From the NCBI GenBank assembly GCA_050273025.1, contig CP158635.1:26846001-26910000 (forward strand): 64,000 nt of DNA. Direction: 5' to 3'. The position numbers and the translations under genes are program-made. Under the pieces are notes generated by a model, which did not search any database, had not been told where the DNA came from, and worked only from the letters and a program-made list of their open reading frames with translations. The DNA comes from Cenococcum geophilum. Lineage: Eukaryota. Shown in pieces: positions 59,501-64,000 of this stretch. Positions within the stretch are counted from its first letter, which is position 1. Each line of letters opens with the position of its first letter.

Positions 59501-62500
59501 ATGGCTCCAATCAAGGAGAAGGAAGAGGCCTTCTTCCCATCCTTAGACAAATGTTTCAGCGGGGAGCAGCAGCTATTGTATGTTTAAACAGTCCTTGTTC
59601 TTGGGTAAAGCTGTTAACTATAGTAGATCTTGGAGAACTGTTTTCTCTGCCCTTTGCGATTCAGATGCCGCCCTCAAAAGCCATATCCTTCGACACTTCC
59701 TCTTCGACGATGCTAGCATCAACATACTCAGTCATCCTTTGAAGCCGTTTAGCAACCCAAGCCAGACCACCAAGTCTAAATTCGAGACAATAACCGCAGC
59801 TATCAATGTCACACCTACACAAAATGGGCACTACGATATTAATGAGATCAAGGAGGATGCAATCTGGCTCTCTCAAGAGACCAAGATTGATGAGGTTTCG
59901 GCTTTGAGGATTGTTACTCTAGAATGGCAGAGAAGGCCAGCGTTACAGCTTCTGAGCGGCTTCACGGAGGAGGAGGCTCTTAGCGTTCAAGACGCTGCTG
60001 GCGCTTTTAACCTGGGCGCATCGACATTCTGGGCTAATTCGTCTATTCTCAGCGCACCAGTTGGAGCATCCGCACAATTCTCGACCCTATTCAATGCTCG
60101 CGCACAGCGCCAGCTCAGACTCCTTGACATCTACCTTTCTGAGAGAATACACATACTCAGGATCCACGAGGTGTTGGTACGCGGAAAGACCACGGCGGGC
60201 CCTCAACAAACCACTTCTGGCAAAGGCAAGGCAAATACAACTGATACGTGGATCCAAGAAGTCGGCGAGGCCATCTTTTCAAAACAACAGTCAGAGTGGC
60301 AGAAGCCTGTCCAGGAACATGACTTTCTTATACAATGTATAGATGCTCTCCAGTTACGATTGGCGGGCATAGAAAAAGGCAGTAGGTGGGCTATTCCAGA
60401 AAGCATACAGGGCAGTGTCGAGGAAAAGTGGAGTCTATGTCAGTGTATAGAGATAGTGCACATTCTACACCTTATGTTTACGCATGTCGACTCTTTCTAC
60501 AAGAAACTCCCACCCACATCCGTTGTTCTGGCGTGGTTCCGTTTCATGGGCCAATGGGATTTCTTCAAAACCATCCAGTTTGTAAGTAGTGAACGTACAC
60601 TCCTTTGAGGCTACCTTTCACTAATTTTGAATACAGCCCTTTGCAAGTCAAGAGTTCGTGGTATCGCTTGTCCAGCTGCTCGTATCGACAACGTCACTGG
60701 CAATTTTAAAACTAGAACTGGCCCTAGAGTATTGGGAGACAGAAGCCTTGAACCCTAGAGTAAGCAGAGAGAATATGGACTCAATCTATATTTCGGACAC
60801 AACCTGCATTCGGGAAATAACTGGTATCCTCTTCGAAGCTGCAAGCTATGGCACGAGCCCTGCAACACCTGCAATATTTTCCTGGAGCATTATAGCCTTC
60901 GTTCTGAAGGGCTATACTGATGCTATTGCAGGAGATGGGGAACGTCAGATTGGACAAGACGAATATTCAGCGCAGGATCCACAAGCCAGGCCATGCCCAT
61001 TGCAAGAAGCAGTAAATGCTTTCGAGGACAAGAGTTTATCTGAAAACCCGATACAGGTTTTGGCGGAGGTGTCCGCAAAAGCTGGAGTGTTTGAACTCAT
61101 CACTAATATGGCTGAGATGGTTTCATCGACTTTTGGAACTAGTATTGATGAAGTTACTGCAAATCGAAAAAGGATGCTGTTGTTGCAACTTATTCGTGGG
61201 AGTTTAGGGACAGGGCTGGTTCGGTACACTCCCGAAGTTATAATCGCCACTATAGCAGTCTTGATGGGAAGACGCCAGTTTTGGAATTGGGTGGACGCCT
61301 CTTCTCAGGCTGAGGATGATCCGGTTGTGTATGCCTTCACTAATGACACTGATGTGCTAGTTCCGATACTATTAGAAGAAGCACAATACCGCTATCCCTA
61401 TGAGACACCGCCTCTGCTAAAGTTTTGCAGCGCCCTGACTCTAGGGGCCAAAGCGGTGCATGGAGGCATGCCGTCGGCTGCACATATTCTGCTCGGAATT
61501 TCCAGGTTCACACAAACCTTGCCACCGCATTTCCAAGCTTACGGCTTAGAGAATGAAGAAGAAGGTGCCAATCTTATACGTCTGAGGGAAGATCTAGCCC
61601 TCTTTACGGTTGGAAGGACGAAGAGATTATTCTCGCACTTGCGGAAAGAGATTGCTGCCAGCGCTTTCGCTTATCCGGAAGACGAAATGTACATTCCCAG
61701 TGAAACTGTTGGATTTGTCGTCGACGACAGCAAGAAACCTCACACCATTACTTGGAACTATCCCCATTCGGCCTTGACATACTTAGTCACCCTTCTCTCT
61801 ACTTTCATGGTTGGGAGTAATTGCGTAGAGTACGCGACCAAAGCACCGACCAGTTTGGACAATGCAACTGAGATTATCGGAATTCTTGCAGACCTCCTCA
61901 CTGCTTCTGTCAGATCATCAAAGGCAAGCGGTGATGAAGCGGTGTGTTCTCCAGAGCTGCTTGAGGCGATCAACATTGGAGCCAATCGGAATCATGACAC
62001 TGTTTCCATAGTCTTTGCAATATTTGAGCAAGAATTGCAGCGACAGTGCGAACAGCCTGGTACGGAGGGGCCATTGGAGCTGCTAGTGAACTGCACCCGC
62101 TTCATATATGCTTTGGTGACCGTTTTACCTAGCAGAGTCTGGCCTTGGCTGGCCCGTAGCCGGCTTTTGGAGATTAATGGCAACGGCGGCAGTCTAGCGA
62201 CCATCCTCGTTGGCACTGAAATAGTGGTCGGTCGATATGAATTCCTTATCGGATGCATACGGATATTTGAGGCACTTGTGGAAGATGCCGTCACACGTTC
62301 TGTCATCCGCAAAGGAACCAGCAAAGCTATAACCCGTTTTGGTTCGGCTCCAACAGCGGGTAGTGGCTCATCGGAAAAGAACATGAGCAACACTCTCCTC
62401 ATATTCGGGAGAACTCTGACAGGGATTTTCGAGAGCTCACTCAGTTGGAGATTTGGACGCATCAATGAGAAACTGGAGATACATACAAGGCTATCTGGAA

Positions 62501-64000
62501 TATTCAACAGCATACTAAAATATGCGTATGGTTTTGATGATACAACAAAGCTATCATTCAAACTTACTGGGCTTCTGGCTCCAATAGCAGAGTACCTAGT
62601 GGATCTCTTTCTCTCGACTTCACCGAACGACTTACCAACCAATCCGATCCTTAATGCCTTTGTCTCTGGAACAACCATACCTGATTCAACAATTCTAACC
62701 ATCACTGTACAACTGTGGTCTCAACAAACCCAGGCAGCCCTTTCTTTCTCAAACACTCTCATCCGAGTTGGAATGTTATTGGATCGACCATGCTCACACT
62801 TGGAGCAACAACTCTTCAAAGCGACACCGCTACTAGCTCGGCTGTACGCTATCGATGAATCATACAAGTCTCCAGTGGCATTACTTTTGGAGAGCCTGGT
62901 ACAAAGTGCCGCAAGAGCAGATGGCGAACCGCCGTCTCTTCTTGGTCACCTTGGTTCGGAAACCGCAAAGAGTTTCCTAAATATTCTTTCTACCCTGGAC
63001 CGACCCTTGAAGAACGAAGACGTTGAAATTGACATCTGGAACTTTCTGTCAGCTGTTGTCAGCAGCAAGCAACAGTGGTTGGCCATCTATCTTCTAACGG
63101 GGACCACGCCAAGGGAATCGCTGAAGAGCAGAGGAGCGAATAGCTCATCCCAGTCGCGAGGCAAAGCTCTCTTCACTTTTGCCTTGGATGAACTCTCAAA
63201 CATCGACATCATGAAACCCCGACGGACGATTGCGATGCTCCAATTTGTTACGCTAGCTCAAAACCATTGGCCATGGGCAATGAATGATCTTCGCAAACAT
63301 CCGAAATTCATTTCCGGCCTGACAAAGTTTTTAAAAGCTTTGGAGAAGACAGACCCCAAAACCGAAACCGAAACAATAGAAAAGTGCAACGAGAATAGGA
63401 TGGCAGCACTGATCTCCGAAATCCTCGCAATGTACCTCCACAGCTCGCGTCAGATGGGCGACTATGCTGCCTCAAAAGAAATCGTCCCGAATCTCACCTA
63501 CTTAATGGATTATGGCGTATCGGTTCCTTCGTACAACTCCTCTCTCCATGCAAACCTTAAGAAAAACTTTGAGGCAAAATATCAAGGCTGTTCATTGACA
63601 AGCTTCAAACGCACGCAGATTTCCCAGGCCGAATTTGGTCGAGATTATTTTTACGACTTGGGTTTTGCGCAAAAAATCCTCGGGTTTGATTCGTCATGGA
63701 AGGGCCAGCGGAACCAGGGATTTTGCGAAGAGGTTATTCGAGCCAATCTCAATCTAAGTGTCGTAGAATCCCAAGTAATCCTTTTGAGAAGCTGGAAATT
63801 ACTCGCTGCGGAACTGAGCAATTTTGTTAGTCGAGATAGTCGCCTCGAGGAGCCTCTCACTAAAGTCACTGCCGACTGCCTTAACGCCAATGCCGAATCC
63901 AATTTGCCGCAAGCACTGTTTGGTCGTTTGATGTTATTGCGGGTAGATCTTGGGTTTGCTCTGACCCAAAAGCTAGTGGATGCAAGAGTAAAGACCCTGG
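59501..64000 (+). CDS. NUP188: Nucleoporin Nup188/Nup184, 5' part (runs off window); exons 59501-59577, 59627-60581, 60637->64000
   Basis: FFPSLDKCFSGEQQLLSW, FETITAAINV, IKEDAIWLS..TKIDEVSALRIVTLEWQ.RP typical of the fungal Nup188 N-terminus; GT-AG introns; long open exon 3. Confidence 0.88.

Noticed and set aside
60945..63902. Short minus-strand ORFs at the right end
   Set aside because: Antisense to the long Nup188 exon, which the ORF track omits because it has no stop in the window.

Overview
Filamentous ascomycete genomic DNA; the intron signals and strong RIP (CpA>TpA) pattern suggest Pezizomycotina, possibly a TE-rich Dothideomycete (inference). Two AT-rich, RIP-degraded transposon stacks (about 1-26.1 kb and 37.5-46.6 kb) alternate with gene-rich DNA. 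In the left stack, a copia element carries a CATCGG-ended TIR element, a chromovirus-type gypsy (itself containing a full copia) and a Tad-like LINE (itself containing a 536-bp TRIM). In the right stack, a hAT carries a gag-only mini-copia and a second CATCGG element. Most of these insertions could be delimited by their target-site duplications (TSDs). Genes: a coiled-coil protein, a 939-aa Ser/Pro-rich protein, a HET-NACHT-ankyrin-ZZ NLR-type receptor, a DUF6601-like pseudogene, a BRCT+WGR-like protein, trpC, and the 5' part of Nup188. The most unusual observation is a tRNA-Val(AAC)-like gene at 36624-36747 whose anticodon loop is split at position 32/33 by a 58-nt insert with full spliceosomal intron signals (GTGAGT / TACTAAC / CAG). 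All calls come from manual reading; no database searches were run.
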